This document shows, in pieces, positions 12,570 through 25,589 of a stretch of 64,000 nucleotides of DNA (within the stretch, counting starts at the first letter, position 1; each line of letters starts with the position of its first letter). The position numbers and the translations under genes were made by a program. The DNA lies in assembly GCF_000143415.4 (NCBI RefSeq), contig NW_003314326.1:496001-560000 (forward strand), written 5' to 3'. Source of the stretch: Selaginella moellendorffii (taxonomy: Eukaryota > Plantae > Lycopodiophyta). The notes beneath the pieces were generated by a model. It made no database searches. It was not told the DNA's origin and saw nothing but the letters and a program-made list of their open reading frames with translations.

Positions 12570-12738
12570 TGTAAACTCATGAGTTTGGACTTCCCAAAAG
12601 GTCACCCAACCCAGTACTATTCAAACCCAAGGACACTTAACTCCAAATATCCTAAAACTCTTAACCAATTGGAAAAAAAAGGTGCACTCTTATTTATAGG
12701 CCCTTTCGCTCTATATTTGAACCTCTATGGATCGTCTC
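12570..12738 (-). mobile_element. Cassandra-like solo LTR with 5S rRNA-derived Pol III A/C boxes (remaining 27 bp at 20033-20059)
   Basis: Minus 12642-12587 reads AGTTAAGTGTCCTTGGGTTTGAATAGTACTGGGTTGGGTGACCTTTTGGGAAGTCC, 46/56 identical to plant 5S rRNA as recalled. TATA box upstream; termini TGTAAAC...GCTTACA; TSD gcttt/acttt. Confidence 0.82.
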
Positions 12739-15700
12739 TGTCGCGCATGTGACTTCGGGTATCGAAAGTTACCTGTCGACCAGTCCTTACGGACACTCTT
12801 ACCTTACTGCCACGATGGCAGGAGGTCGGTATTACTGGACCCATTATCAGTTTCCCACTTGAGCTAGTTGAGAAACTGGTCAATGACCATGAACTTAGAT
12901 TGGATAAACATAAGGTAGGAACCCTATGTGTTTCTTGCTGAGCATACTCGGCCTGGTTTGAGAAACTTGAGTCATTGGCTTGCACTTGCTAGTATCAAGA
13001 ACCCCCGCGATATTGAGATTGGTCCCTCAATATTGCTAGATGATAGCTTACCGTGTTTGCCAAACACCCTCGCTATCATGCCCTTTGTGTTGGTCTCGTT
13101 TCGGTCCCAAATGCTATTTATGGAAAGCGTCCAGATTTGCTCATTTGGCATATCTACGGAATGTAGAGATCGTCCTGAACACAATGGTGTTCGTCCCATG
13201 TCCAAATTCGCAATCTAGGGACATTCCATATTTAGTAAGTTTCGAGCTTGTCCTAGAGACTAACTCCTGATACTAAGGGAGGCTTGGGGTGAAAGCCCAA
13301 AGCGTGTGTTCCTCAAGGGGGGGGGGGCTGTGGGGGGTTCCAAATGTATAGTAGGGATAGTGGGTAGGTCGGGCATGGCCGACCAACCTGAGGCATAGTC
13401 TAGCTCCCGCTTGCGTGCCTGTCCTTGTTCTGCGTCCGGCTTGGGTCTAAGCCCAAGTTCCATTCCATGCTAGTTGGTGGAGTACCCATATCCTCACGTT
13501 AGGCCACCGGTATGCTGAAATAGCGCCAGACTCCGTTTGGTTTTGTTTTGCGTGCTGGTCCTGGCATTGGGATGCTGGTTACTCTAGGACTGTTCCAAGT
13601 CGCTCCGGGCTCCTGTCCCTTCGCTCCTTGGGCTTCATGCTCGGGAGTTGCTCCGTGGTTCGGTTCTGTCACTCCTCGGCTCCATACTTGGGAGTTTGGC
13701 ACCGTTCCTTCGTTCAGTGGCCCAAGGCCCTGAACCTCGGGTCCTGTGGACACGTGGCATGGACACGTGGCATGTGACACGTGGCATCTGTCACGTGGCA
13801 CAAAGAGGGTTAGGTTCCGCTTCGTGGTGTTATCCTATGGTAAATCACCATAGGATAAAGGGTCAAAACCACGTGCGCTACATTTGGTATCAGAGGATAC
13901 GTCTCAGCGAGTACTATTCAATGAGATTGGGCAACTAGTCTCGTTGCATACGCAGAGATGAAAACGATGATCCGAGTGGGTACACGTTTGGGTGCAAAGA
14001 CTTCGCGTTCGTTCCTTGGGTATGGATTCGGTTACCTTGTTGTACCATATTTTGTGAGCTTGAGCTTGGGCTCATAAGAGGGAATAAGTTGTTCCAATTT
14101 GCACGAGTTTGCGCTTGGGCTCGTGAGTGAGGCACATTAGCAACTCAAGGTTACACTTTGAGTTGGCAGGATTAATGTTAGCCTATCGGTCGTTCCATGG
14201 GTTGTTCCAATGGTTCCGTGAGTTGTTCCATGTACCATGGGTGAAAGCAAACTTTCCCTGAGTTTGCTATGAGTGGCAAACAGGCTGGTCCGTAGCTGTT
14301 TAGCACAGCACTAGTGGATCCTTCCTAGGCATGATTACAAGTGGATCAAACAAGACTGTAGTGATTAGTCTATTGATTCAGGTAATCATTGCCATGCTCT
14401 CTCATAAACTTTTCTTGGATTGGACTGAAGGCAGTGCGAAAGCAAGCTTGAGGTTTGGTCAAAGATGAGAACGAAAAGAGAGTCGTCGGGGACGAAGGAT
14501 CAAATACGTAAATCATTTTCTCTTCTTAGAAAAATGATTTGCAACGAGGTGTTGACTCATTGCTCGTGTTCATATTATGCAATCAAGATTCCCTACCTTG
14601 ATGCATCTTGGAGATGATGGTCTTACAAATGGTGAGTTATGGGATGGATAGTGGTGAAACACTATACCATTTTGTCTAGACTCGCTATTGGAAGACTTGG
14701 GTTGCAATGCTCAATTCTTTTCCGGGGAACCTTGCTATTGCTCCTTGAGTAGTTTGGTGTTGGATTAAGTTTTGAGTTTGGTCGAAAAGAGAGTGGCATG
14801 AGCTTGTCCGTGTTGTGAACAAAAGTTAGTGATTTTGAGTGTTATAAATCCTTATCGATGGAGTGTGGCATTTATGTTGCATTTTGTCGAATTGAGTTGA
14901 CACTTGATACTCACATAAACCTTTGAAGTAATGACATTGGCATTGCTCGTGGTGTTGCTCAATTGATGATCAAGTCATTGTGATTTCTATATCATATCCA
15001 TGTGATAATGAACAATGTGTTTACGAAGTTGCCTGGTTAAATGATGATCAACCCCAAAGTGGTTGATGGTGAAGCTAGTCTACTTACACGAAGTAGCATT
15101 GTAGTAGCTTTGACTGGATTCTCAATGGTGGTCCATTATGTTAAGCTTAAGTTGGTTCCTTAGTTCCTTGAGTTTGCCCATTGGGTGTTGGAAAAAGGTT
15201 GTAGCATTCATTTGCTATAGCTCATTGGTTGATCCGTTAACACTTGGAGTAGATTGTTGGATGGAGACAATGTGTAGTTGATGCATTGACATCGCTAGCA
15301 TTTGTGTTAGTGCAAGTGGCATTGTTATTTCAAGTGATAAGGATTTTCCTTAGAGCTTGATTTTCTATGTCATTTTTCTTGTTAGTGTTTGGGCTTCACA
15401 TTGGATCTTGAAGGTGGTTGAAGAAGAGTGTTAGTGCAATGTGGATATCCGAAGATGTGGTCTTCATGATCGAGCCTTGGATGTTCCATTTGCATTTTTA
15501 CGGATGTCGGTGTTGGATGTCGAAAGAATGGGCAAAAAGATGTTCGAGGCTTAAGCATACTATGGGTCATGAGAATTTGTGTTGAGGTGAACATATGTGA
15601 AGTTGTTAGTAGGAGGAAGTTGGTTGAGTCTTGAAAGTTTGTATTCCTAGATTGAAAGTCATTCTTTCTCTAGAATGGAAAAATTTTTCCACAAATTTTC

Positions 15701-18700
15701 TTAGACTTTTCCAATGGCTGATCTGTTATCACTTTGCTCGAAAACCATTCCGTTTTCGAAAGCCAATACAAACTAAGTGAAGGGGTTGGAGTTGACTTCG
15801 GTTAGCTTAAACCTTAGTATGTAGTTTGTATGATGCGGCCCGAAAGGGATGCCGACTTTTGGGGCTAAAGCAATTGAGTTGGATAGAGTCTGGAGTTAGT
15901 GTAGAAAAGTGGCTGTTGCACTTTTCTAGAAAGGTGACTTTTGTGTCTTTCTTTTGTAGCGTTATGCTTGGTGGTAGGTTGCACCTTGCATTTCGTTAGA
16001 CTCTATGAGAGTAGTGAGCTCTCACTCATCTTAACTTAGTCTTGGTGTCCCTGCGCCTTGGCTGAGGATGGTGATGTTCAACTTAGTTGTTTGAGTTTGA
16101 GATGTTGGTACCCATACTGTAGCTTTGTCTATGAGGAGGTTGTGTACCAATATGAGTCCATCTCATGGTCTTCGCTTTAGTTTCGGCTAAGTGTTGGTCA
16201 TGCATAGCTAGCCTCTTCAAGGCATACTCAGAGCTATTGCCTAAATGCATTAGTGAGCTTATTGTGGTTGAGTTGGATTCGAGTGGTCATTTAGTTTGTG
16301 CTTGTTTATGAACCTTTATCTCGTCCATGAGGTATTACGTTCATGTTGGACAAGTATATAACTCGATGGCAAGAGTTTAGTGTTTGGGTTTTGTGAAAGG
16401 CAAGACAAGTGATTGTTGGTTGCTTTGCAACTAGTGATTGCTTGTAGACTTTGTCAAGGGCTTTGGACACTTGCTTCGCTTGATGAAGATTTAGCAGTGA
16501 TGGGTTTACTTTACCGGATGGTATTGCGGAGGATCGTGTCATTTGACTTACATGGGTTTTCCATGTTGGCATGTCGACTCTACCTCTATTGGTATCATTT
16601 GGTTGCGTTTAGTTCATAGTGTTGGATTTCATTGAGTCTTGGATGTGGTGATGCACTCCTTGAGGAAGTGTTATCTATACCTGAGTAATGTTGAAGAACT
16701 AGTCTCGGATACTGACTAAAGTATCTTCGACTTTGGTTAGCTTGGTTGCAAGAGAGTTTTGAGTGGTGATTCACTCTTGCTTTCTTTTAGCTTTGTTCTG
16801 ATGTTGATGGCATTGAGGTGATGCCTTGTCATTGATATTATTGACGTTGAGATTCAAGTGAGATGAGATGTCTATCCTTAGGATTGATATTGCGTTTCAT
16901 TAGTCTCGATGAAAATAGTGTTGATGATTTGGCTATGGCTTTGTGTTATTGGCATTCGTGCATTTGCTAGTTAGCAACTGTGTTGACGTTCAAACAAGCG
17001 GAATGGCAAGTTTGAATTAGTTGTGTTCTAGACGAGGTTATTTAGTAGGGGTTGAGCTTTGGCTTTTCCTTGAAAAGTGATTTAGTCATAGACTATGCTA
17101 ACTCTACAAATGGGAGAGTTAGTGATCAATATTGGAATATTTGAATCCTTATGGGATTTTAGTTGAAATATATTGATCATTGATGATTCTTTTTGTGCTT
17201 GTTATGAAGTGAGTTACGTCTTGCTATGGATGGATTCATGGAGGATCGTTTAGTGATCACTTGTCCAGCATAGCTTCGTTATGCTTAGCTTTTGGATTGA
17301 TGCAGACATGCTCTTCATTAGCTTGGCATTATGAAGTTTAGCTTATGGATGTGTTGAGGAGGATATTGTGGGTTGAACTATAATTTCTTCTTTAGCATTG
17401 AAGTTAGTTCATGCGAAACTTGTGATCATTGTTAGGAAAGACTTATCTATAGACTTCTTCGAGCTTTTGGTTCTTTGAGCTTTATGCTCATTGTTCCATT
17501 TGTTAGAAGTTGTTGGGGAGGGCATTTTGGCTTGTTAGCTTCGATGAAGTTAGTATTTGCATCTGGCAATCATTGGTGATGATTAATTATCATCTAAGAT
17601 AGTTGATTATCCTTGTCAAGGGTTTTGCTTGGTTGTTGTTGATATAGAATGATTCGCTGCTCTTTGAGATAGTGGATTCTTTCTTAGACAATGATTATGC
17701 ATCTCTTTATTGATGGGATGATTGATGATCTTTCGTGATAGTTAGTTGTTCTCTTTGATGGCTTGTGGCTTTTTGCAATATCACATGTTCTTTGTGATTT
17801 GCTCTGGATTGGTCTCTTGGGTTTGAGACATCAAAAGGATGTTGCTAACACTTGCTTAGGCAACTTGAGTTCCTTGGTGTTGTTGGCTAGGATCTATTTG
17901 GATTGGCTAGTGTGATAGTTGGCATGAATGGGTGTTTGTTGGTCTTACCGCATTCATTCTGTTCTGTTGATTATTGCTCGAGTTAGTTCTGATAGGTTGG
18001 GATGTTATTTCCTTCGGGTGATACATTCGCGAGCATTGTGCCTGTCAGTCAATGATACTTTGTGTTCTTTGAGTTATCTCTAGTAAGTTGTTAGCTTACT
18101 GTCTGCTATCTTTGATAGTTATGTTTTATCATTAAGTGTTCTTGATGATACACTAGCTATTGAATTTTGTTGGATAGTGAATCCTATGTTTTCCAATTAT
18201 GATGATCTTGGTGGTTCCTGCACTATACTACTAGTTTATCAGATGATAACTTACTTGGAATACTTTTGTGTTCTAATCTAAGATATAATCACTGATAATT
18301 CAGCTTCTAAGATATCATTGTCTCTGACTTTGATATTGTCCATCTATTGATCTTTGAGTTTGGGCCAGTAAAGGCAGACTGGCTTCGGCACTTCGTGTGC
18401 ATGTTGAAATCTCTAGTCATGGGGTAGCTACTGTCAACTGGTCACATAACCCGCTTCTCTGTCGATGTTCCTTATTCCGTTAAAAGGGCGTGACCGTGTA
18501 AACAACTCTACCTGCCTGTTTACAGTAGTCTATCTAAACCATACCGACGGGTTTGGTTTCTTTGCTCAGGAGGGTTGGGGCCTCTGGCTTCTCTCTCTAT
18601 GTCTCTGCGGGCAGGGCATATCACACTTTTGTAAGCTGGGTGACTCCCAGAGCAGCAAGGGTGGCTGACTCCGTTGGTCATTTCCTTGTCGGCGACGGCC

Positions 18701-20027
18701 GGAAGGTGTCTGAGCTGGTAGCGCATCCGCGTTAGACAAAGAGGTTACCCCTAACTCATTTAAGTTGGTGCATTTCTCACATAGTGTGAGTACCGTGAAC
18801 TTTTTCTGGAGTTGTTTCCTTGGCGGTATTCTAGACTCGAGTATGCATCGACGAGGACGTCGATCTTCCCTAGGGGGGGAGAGTGTCGCGCATGTGACTT
18901 CGGGTATCGAAAGTTACCTGTCGACCAGTCCTTACGGACACTCTTACCTTACTGCCACGATGGCAGGAGGTCGGTATTACTGGACCCGTTATCAGTTTCC
19001 CACTTGAGCTAGTTGAGAAACTGGTCAATGACCATGAACTTAGATTGGATAAACATAAGGTAGGAACCCTATGTGTTTCTTGCTGAGCATACTCGGCCTG
19101 GTTTGAGAAACTTGAGTCATTGGCTTGCACTTGCTAGTATCAAGAACCCCCGCGATATTGAGATTGGTCCCTCAATATTGCTAGATGATAGCTTACCGTG
19201 TTTGCCAAACACCCTCGCTATCATGCCCTTTGTGTTGGTCTCGTTTCGGTCCCAAATGCTATTTATGGAAAGCGTCCAGATTTGCTCATTTGGCATATCT
19301 ACGGAATGTAGAGATCGTCCTGAACACAATGGTGTTCGTCCCATGTCCAAATTCGCAATCTAGGGACATTCCATATTTAGTAAGTTTCGAGCTTGTCCTA
19401 GAGACTAACTCCTGATACTAAGGGAGGCTTGGGGTGAAAGCCCAAAGCGTGTGTTCCTCAAGGGGGGGGGGGCTGTGGGGGGTTCCAAATGTATAGTAGG
19501 GATAGTGGGTAGGTCGGGCATGGCCGACCAACCTGAGGCATAGTCTAGCTCCCGCTTGCGTGCCTGTCCTTGTTCTGCGTCCGGCTTGGGTCTAAGCCCA
19601 AGTTCCATTCCATGCTAGTTGGTGGAGTACCCATATCCTCACGTTAGGCCACCGGTATGCTGAAATAGCGCCAGACTCCGTTTGGTTTTGTTTTGCGTGC
19701 TGGTCCTGGCATTGGGATGCTGGTTACTCTAGGACTGTTCCAAGTCGCTCCGGGCTCCTGTCCCTTCGCTCCTTGGGCTTCATGCTCGGGAGTTGCTCCG
19801 TGGTTCGGTTCTGTCACTCCTCGGCTCCATACTTGGGAGTTTGGCACCGTTCCTTCGTTCAGTGGCCCAAGGCCCTGAACCTCGGGTCCTGTGGACACGT
19901 GGCATGGACACGTGGCATGTGACACGTGGCATCTGTCACGTGGCACAAAGAGGGTTAGGTTCCGCTTCGTGGTGTTATCCTATGGTAAATCACCATAGGA
20001 TAAAGGGTCAAAACCACGTGCGCTACA
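12739..20027 (+). mobile_element. Intact non-autonomous LTR retroelement (LARD-like), 7289 bp; LTRs 12739-13882 and 18884-20027 (1144 bp)
   Basis: TG...CA LTRs nearly identical, 5-bp TSD GTCTC both sides, PBS TGGTATCAGAG (tRNA-iMet) at 13885, purine-tract PPT at 18872-18883; no internal ORF >88 aa in the track. Confidence 0.95.
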
Positions 20028-20582
20028 GTCTCTCAAGTCGTTCCTTTTGGTTGCTTACAACTTTCTCATCAAGAAATTGCCCCTTTTTAGTTGGTTTAAG
20101 GGGAGAGAAATAAGATGCACTACAATATGCTAAATTATTTATCATTTTGATAAAAACCTACTTGACTATATATATATTCTTTTTACACTTGTGCCAACTT
20201 TTTAGTGAAATAGAATGTAGGGAAATATAGACCCCATTATAGTGGTAGAGCATATCATAAATATATAGGCATTCTCTTGTCAAAATTATCTTTTAGTTTT
20301 GGATATATACATAGACTTGATTTTTTATATGATATTACTTTTGAGTCTTTTGAAAGATTTTGATTTCTATTATTATTCACGAACAACTTCCATAAATTCC
20401 TAGTGGGGATTCACCACAAAAACATACTTTACTCTTCTTATATGGGAGGATTGCAAGATATATAAGCAAGTAGAGTTTTTTATATGAATTAATATATAAA
20501 TTATAAATATCATAGAAATTTTTATCAAGTAAAGTTGTTAGTGTTTTTTGGCATATTATTCATTTCTTCGTTTCTGTTATAT

Positions 20583-23000
20583 TGTAGCACACATGGTTTT
20601 TACACTTTATCCTATAATGATTTATCATAGAATAATCACGAAGTGGAATATGAACCCTCTATATGCCACATATCCAAGGATAGTGGAGTCCAACTCAAGT
20701 TATAAGGTCTTGAGCCACTGAATAAATAGAGCCAAACTTCTAATAGAGCCAAGGAGTGAAGGAAGTGGAGCATGGTGTCATGTTTTAAGAAGTTCTATGG
20801 GCAAAGCACCATAGTAGCTATGTTCACTCACAAATGTCAAGGTTTCCAATCTTAATATCAACAATGTCACCAATAAAGCATTACTTTAATACCATTAACA
20901 TTAGAACAAAGCTAGTAGAAAGTAAGAGTGAATCACCACTCAAAACTTTTTAGCAACCAAGCTAACCAAAGTCAAAGTTACCTTATTTAGTATCCGAAAC
21001 TAAATCTTTAACAAATCTCAGTTACAAATAACACATCATCAAGGAGTGATTCATCATGTCCAAGACTCAATGTAATCCTTAATACGGACTAAATGTAACT
21101 AAATGATATCACCAAAGGTAGAGTCGATACACCAATATGGGGAAACTATATAAGTTTAATGACATGATCCTCCGTAACACCATCTGGTAAAGAAGCCCAT
21201 TGCTGATAAATTTTCATTGAGTAAAACAAGTGTCAAAAGTCTTTAATAAAGTCTACAAGCAATTACTACTCACAAATCAATCAACAACCATTTTTTAACT
21301 TGCCTTCACAAAACCTAAACATTAAACTCACATTATCAAATTATATACTTGCCTAACAAAAAGATAACACCCAAGTACAAGATATAAGAACATGGACAAA
21401 CACAAACTAAATGACTACTCAAATCCAATCATATAACAATAAGCTCACTAATATATCTAGCCAACAGCTATGAGCATGCCTTGAAGAGGCTAGCTATACT
21501 TGATCAACATTCAATTGAAACTAAAGTGAAAACTATGAGATGTACTCATATGGTACACAACTTCCTCATAGATAAAACTATAGTATGGGTACTAACACCT
21601 CAACCTTAAACAATTAAGTTATCCTCAACCAAGATGAAAGACCACCAAAACCAAGTCAAAATTAGTAAGAGCTCACTACTTTTATATAGAGTTTTAACAA
21701 AATGCAAAATGCAACTTACCACCAAGCACAATACTATAAAAGAAAAACACAAGGGTCACCTTTCTAGAAAAGTGCAACTGCCATTTTCTTACACTAATTC
21801 CAGATTCTATCCAATTTAACTGCCTTATCCCCAAAAAGTTAACACCCCTTTTAGGCCACATCATACAAACTACCTACTAGGGTCTAAGCTAACCAAAATT
21901 AACTTTAACCCTTTCACTAATTTGTATTGACTTACAAAATGAAATAATTTTTGGGCAAAATGATCAATAGATCAGCTATTGGAAAAATCTAAAAACATTT
22001 ATAGAAAATTTTCCTCAGGCTAGGAATATAAATTCTCAAGACTTAACCAATTTCTTCATACCAACAACTTCATATATGTTCACCTCAACATAAATTTCCA
22101 TAACCCAACATTTTGCCTATATTTTTAGCATACAACATCAACATCCACAAAATGCAAAATGAATATCCAAAACTTGATTATGAAGACTATATCCTTAGAT
22201 ATCCATATTGCATTAACACTCTTCTTCAATCACCTTCAAAATCCAATATAAAGCTAAAACACTAACAAGAAAAATGACATGGAAAATCAAACTTTAAGAA
22301 AAGTTCCTCATCACATAATATAACAATGCCACCCCCACTAGCACAAGTGCTAATAAAGTTAATACTTCAACTTCACACGTTTTCCATCCAACAATCTACT
22401 CCAAGTGCTAACAAATAAATCAATAAGCCATAACAAATAAATGCTATAACCCTTTTTAACACCTAATAGGCAAATCCCCAAGGACCAAAGTACCAACTCA
22501 AGCTTAGCATAATGGATCACCATTAAGAACTAAGTCAAATCTACTTCAATGTTATTATTTGCAAGTAGACTAATTTCATATCAACCACTTTGGAGTTGAT
22601 CATTATCTATCTAAGCAACTTTATAACATATTGCTCATGATCACATACATGGAAATCATAATGATTTGATTATCAATTGAGTAATACCATGAGTAAGCCT
22701 AAATTATTACTTTAAATGTTTATGTGAGTATTAAATGCCAACTTTATTTGATAAAATTCAGCATAAATGCCACACCCCACCAATAGAAATTTACAACACT
22801 AAACATCATCAACTTTGTTCACAACATAGACAAGCTCATATGACACTCTTTTTGGCCAAACTCAAAACTAATCTTACACCAAACTACTCAAAGAACAATA
22901 GCAAGATTCCTCAGAAAAGAATTAAGCATTATAACCCAAGTCTTTAATAGCAAGCCTAGCTAAAATAGTTTAGCACTTCACCACTATCCAAATTTATAAC
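20583..23000 (-). mobile_element. Older deleted copy of the LARD family: 3' LTR end plus internal region
   Basis: Starts tgtagcacacatggttttt (reverse complement of LTR end); collinear in reverse with ~16950-14640. Confidence 0.8.
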
Positions 23001-23869
23001 ATCAATTTTAAATAGGAGTTTTTAAATTTCTTATGGATGCTAGTTTTTCAAGATAGTTTGTGTTTTCCCACAGAAACTATTCATTGTTAAGTTACTGATT
23101 TAAGAGGGAGTCCAAGATGGCAAGTTCTCTACCTCATCCTTTTACATACTTTGCTTTTCTTGACACAGTAGTCAATAGTAATAAGATGATTGTAAGCAAG
23201 TCATAGTTATATGGTACTCTACTAGAGGCATCTAGGATATGATCCAAGGATCAACTTTGTCACCTTATCTGACTTGGGACTGAATGAAACCATTATCTGT
23301 CAGTCATGATTGGTTTGGATTACTAAATATGTGTTGTCATCATATTTCCTGCAAATCCAACTAGAGCACATGTTGTTGACACCTTGGCATAGCACACACA
23401 ACACATCAATCAGTATTGTGGACAGGACTAGGGATGTTGAGATTGCATGATTACCACTTCAAGCTTCTTTCTGTGCCTAGCTAAGAGAGGAAGAGGAGCT
23501 TGGTAAGAGCATTTGATGGTGAGGAAACTTTGGCTTGTTTCCAATATGGGACAATCTTTTTGATAAATGAGTAAGAAGAGAAGGGCAAGAAGAATTCATC
23601 CCTATATACACACATATGAATACAAAAGTAATGAAAAATATTCTATAGTATCTTTTATTTATTCTTAACTTTATACAAGACCTTGATATAAAGTCACGCA
23701 TGTTGGTTTGCTGACTTTCTTTATGTCAAACCAAGTGACTTTGATTTTGTATCTAGATCATGGTTTCAAAACCTTGGTCCTAGTCTTTATTACTTATCCG
23801 GGAATGTGATAATCATTATCATTATTGATAAAAATGCTCCTATTATGTCCAAAATAATAGTTTAGTGTA

Positions 23870-25565
23870 TGTCACGAATGTGACTGTAGGTACCAAAAGT
23901 TATCTATCGGCGATATTCTTTCTTTATTGCCACAAAGGTAGGAGGTCGGTATTGTTGAACCTTTTTTCAATCTCCGCTCAAGCTAATTGAGAAACTAATC
24001 TTCGCATGTGCACTTGATCAAATGAGTATAAGGATGGAATTTGTAAATTTTATTAGTCAAGCATATTTAACCTGGTTAGAGAAACTCATTCGTTACCTTG
24101 CACTTGCTAGTGTTAGGAACCCTTAATATTGGATATGTGATAGCTTACTGTGTCCGCCAAAATACTCTCGGTATCATGCCCCTTGTATTGGTTTTGTTTA
24201 GTTCCATTAGCTATTTATGGAAAATATCTAGATTTGCTAATTTAGCATATCAACAGAATGTAGAGATTGTTCTGAATATAATGGTATTCATTTTATATTA
24301 AAATTCCATTCCATATTTAGTAAGTTTTCATTATTCTCAAAGACTAACTTTTGGTACTAAAGGTGACTAAGGGCGAAAGCCCAAAGCATATTAGTTGGTG
24401 GAGTAACTATATCCTTGCATTATACCACTGGTATACTAAAATAGCACCAAACTCTATTTGGCTCTATTTTGCATACTAATTCTAGCATTAGAGTGCTAAA
24501 ACCTCTAAGATTGTTCTAATATCACTCCATACTTTTTTCCCTTCACTCCTTAAGTTGTATATTTGGAAATTGTTCCATACTTCACTTCTTTCAATCCTTA
24601 ACTCTATACTTAAGAGTTTGACTCTATTCCTTCATTTAGTGGCCTAAGGCCCTTAAACTCAAGTTTTATTCCATTGTCCTTGGACATATGGCATGTGGCA
24701 TATGGCATGTGACACATGGCATATGGCACATGGCATGTGATACATGGTATATAAAGGGTTTAGATTCTAGTTCATGGTTATCCCATAGTAAATCACTCTA
24801 GAATAAAGGGTGAAAACCATATGTGCTACATTTGGTATCAAAGGATGAGTCTTAGTGAGTACTATCTATTGAGATTAGGTAGCTAATGTCGTTATATATG
24901 CAAAGATGAAAATAATGATCTGAGTGGATACACGTTTTGGTGCAAAAACTTCACATTCATTCCTTAGGTATAGATTTTAGTTACCTTTTGTACCATATTA
25001 TGTGAGTTTGTGCTTGAACTCATAAAATGGATTGAGATGTTTTGTTTGCATGAGTTTGCGCTTGGGCTCGTGAGTGAGGCACATTAGTAACTCAAGGTTA
25101 CACTTGAGTTGACAAGATTAATATTAGCTTATCAATGGTTTATAAATTGTTCCATGTACCGTGGGTGAAAGTAAACCTCCTTGGGTTTGTTATGAGTGGC
25201 AAATAGGCTAATCTATAGCTATTTAGCACAACATTAGTAGATCCTTCCTAGGCACGATTATAAGTGGATTAATCAAGAAGTTTGTGTTTGCACTACCTAC
25301 AGTCCAATCCAAGAAAAGTTTATGAAATAGTGTGGCAATGATTACTTGAATAAATAGACTAATCCCTATAGTGAAATTTAGTCAAGTTACGTTCAAAAAA
25401 AGAGTTATCAAGGACAAAGTATCAAATATGTAAATCATTTCTCTTCTTCGAGAAATGATTTGCAACAAAGTGTGACTCATTGCTCATATTCATATCATAC
25501 AATCAAGAGTCCCTATCTTAATGCATGTTGGAAATGATGGTCTTACAAGTGGTGAATTGTGGGAA
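23870..25565 (+). mobile_element. Older LARD-family 5' LTR (23870-24830), PBS and 5' internal region
   Basis: tgtcacgaatgtgact...tgtgctaca tttggtatcaaagga; collinear with 12739-14650. Confidence 0.85.
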
Positions 25566-25589
25566 TAGCAATAGAAAAATTATTAGTTT

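Larger units (their letters stand above)
11563..20124 (+). mobile_element. TRIM T1 copy whose 3' LTR (12052-12141 ... 12559-12569/20060-20124) is interrupted by nested insertions
   Basis: 5' LTR 11563-11723, tggtat PBS-like, ~330 bp internal region, PPT agagaggaaggtgag; LTR halves rejoin across the inserts. Confidence 0.65.

Noticed and set aside
12587-12642. Functional 5S rRNA gene
   Set aside because: Only the internal ~56 nt match; both 5S ends are missing and it lies in a TG..CA LTR
12725-13938. Duplicated short ORFs (repeated at 18870-20113)
   Set aside because: They are LTR sequence; identity reflects LTR duplication, not protein conservation
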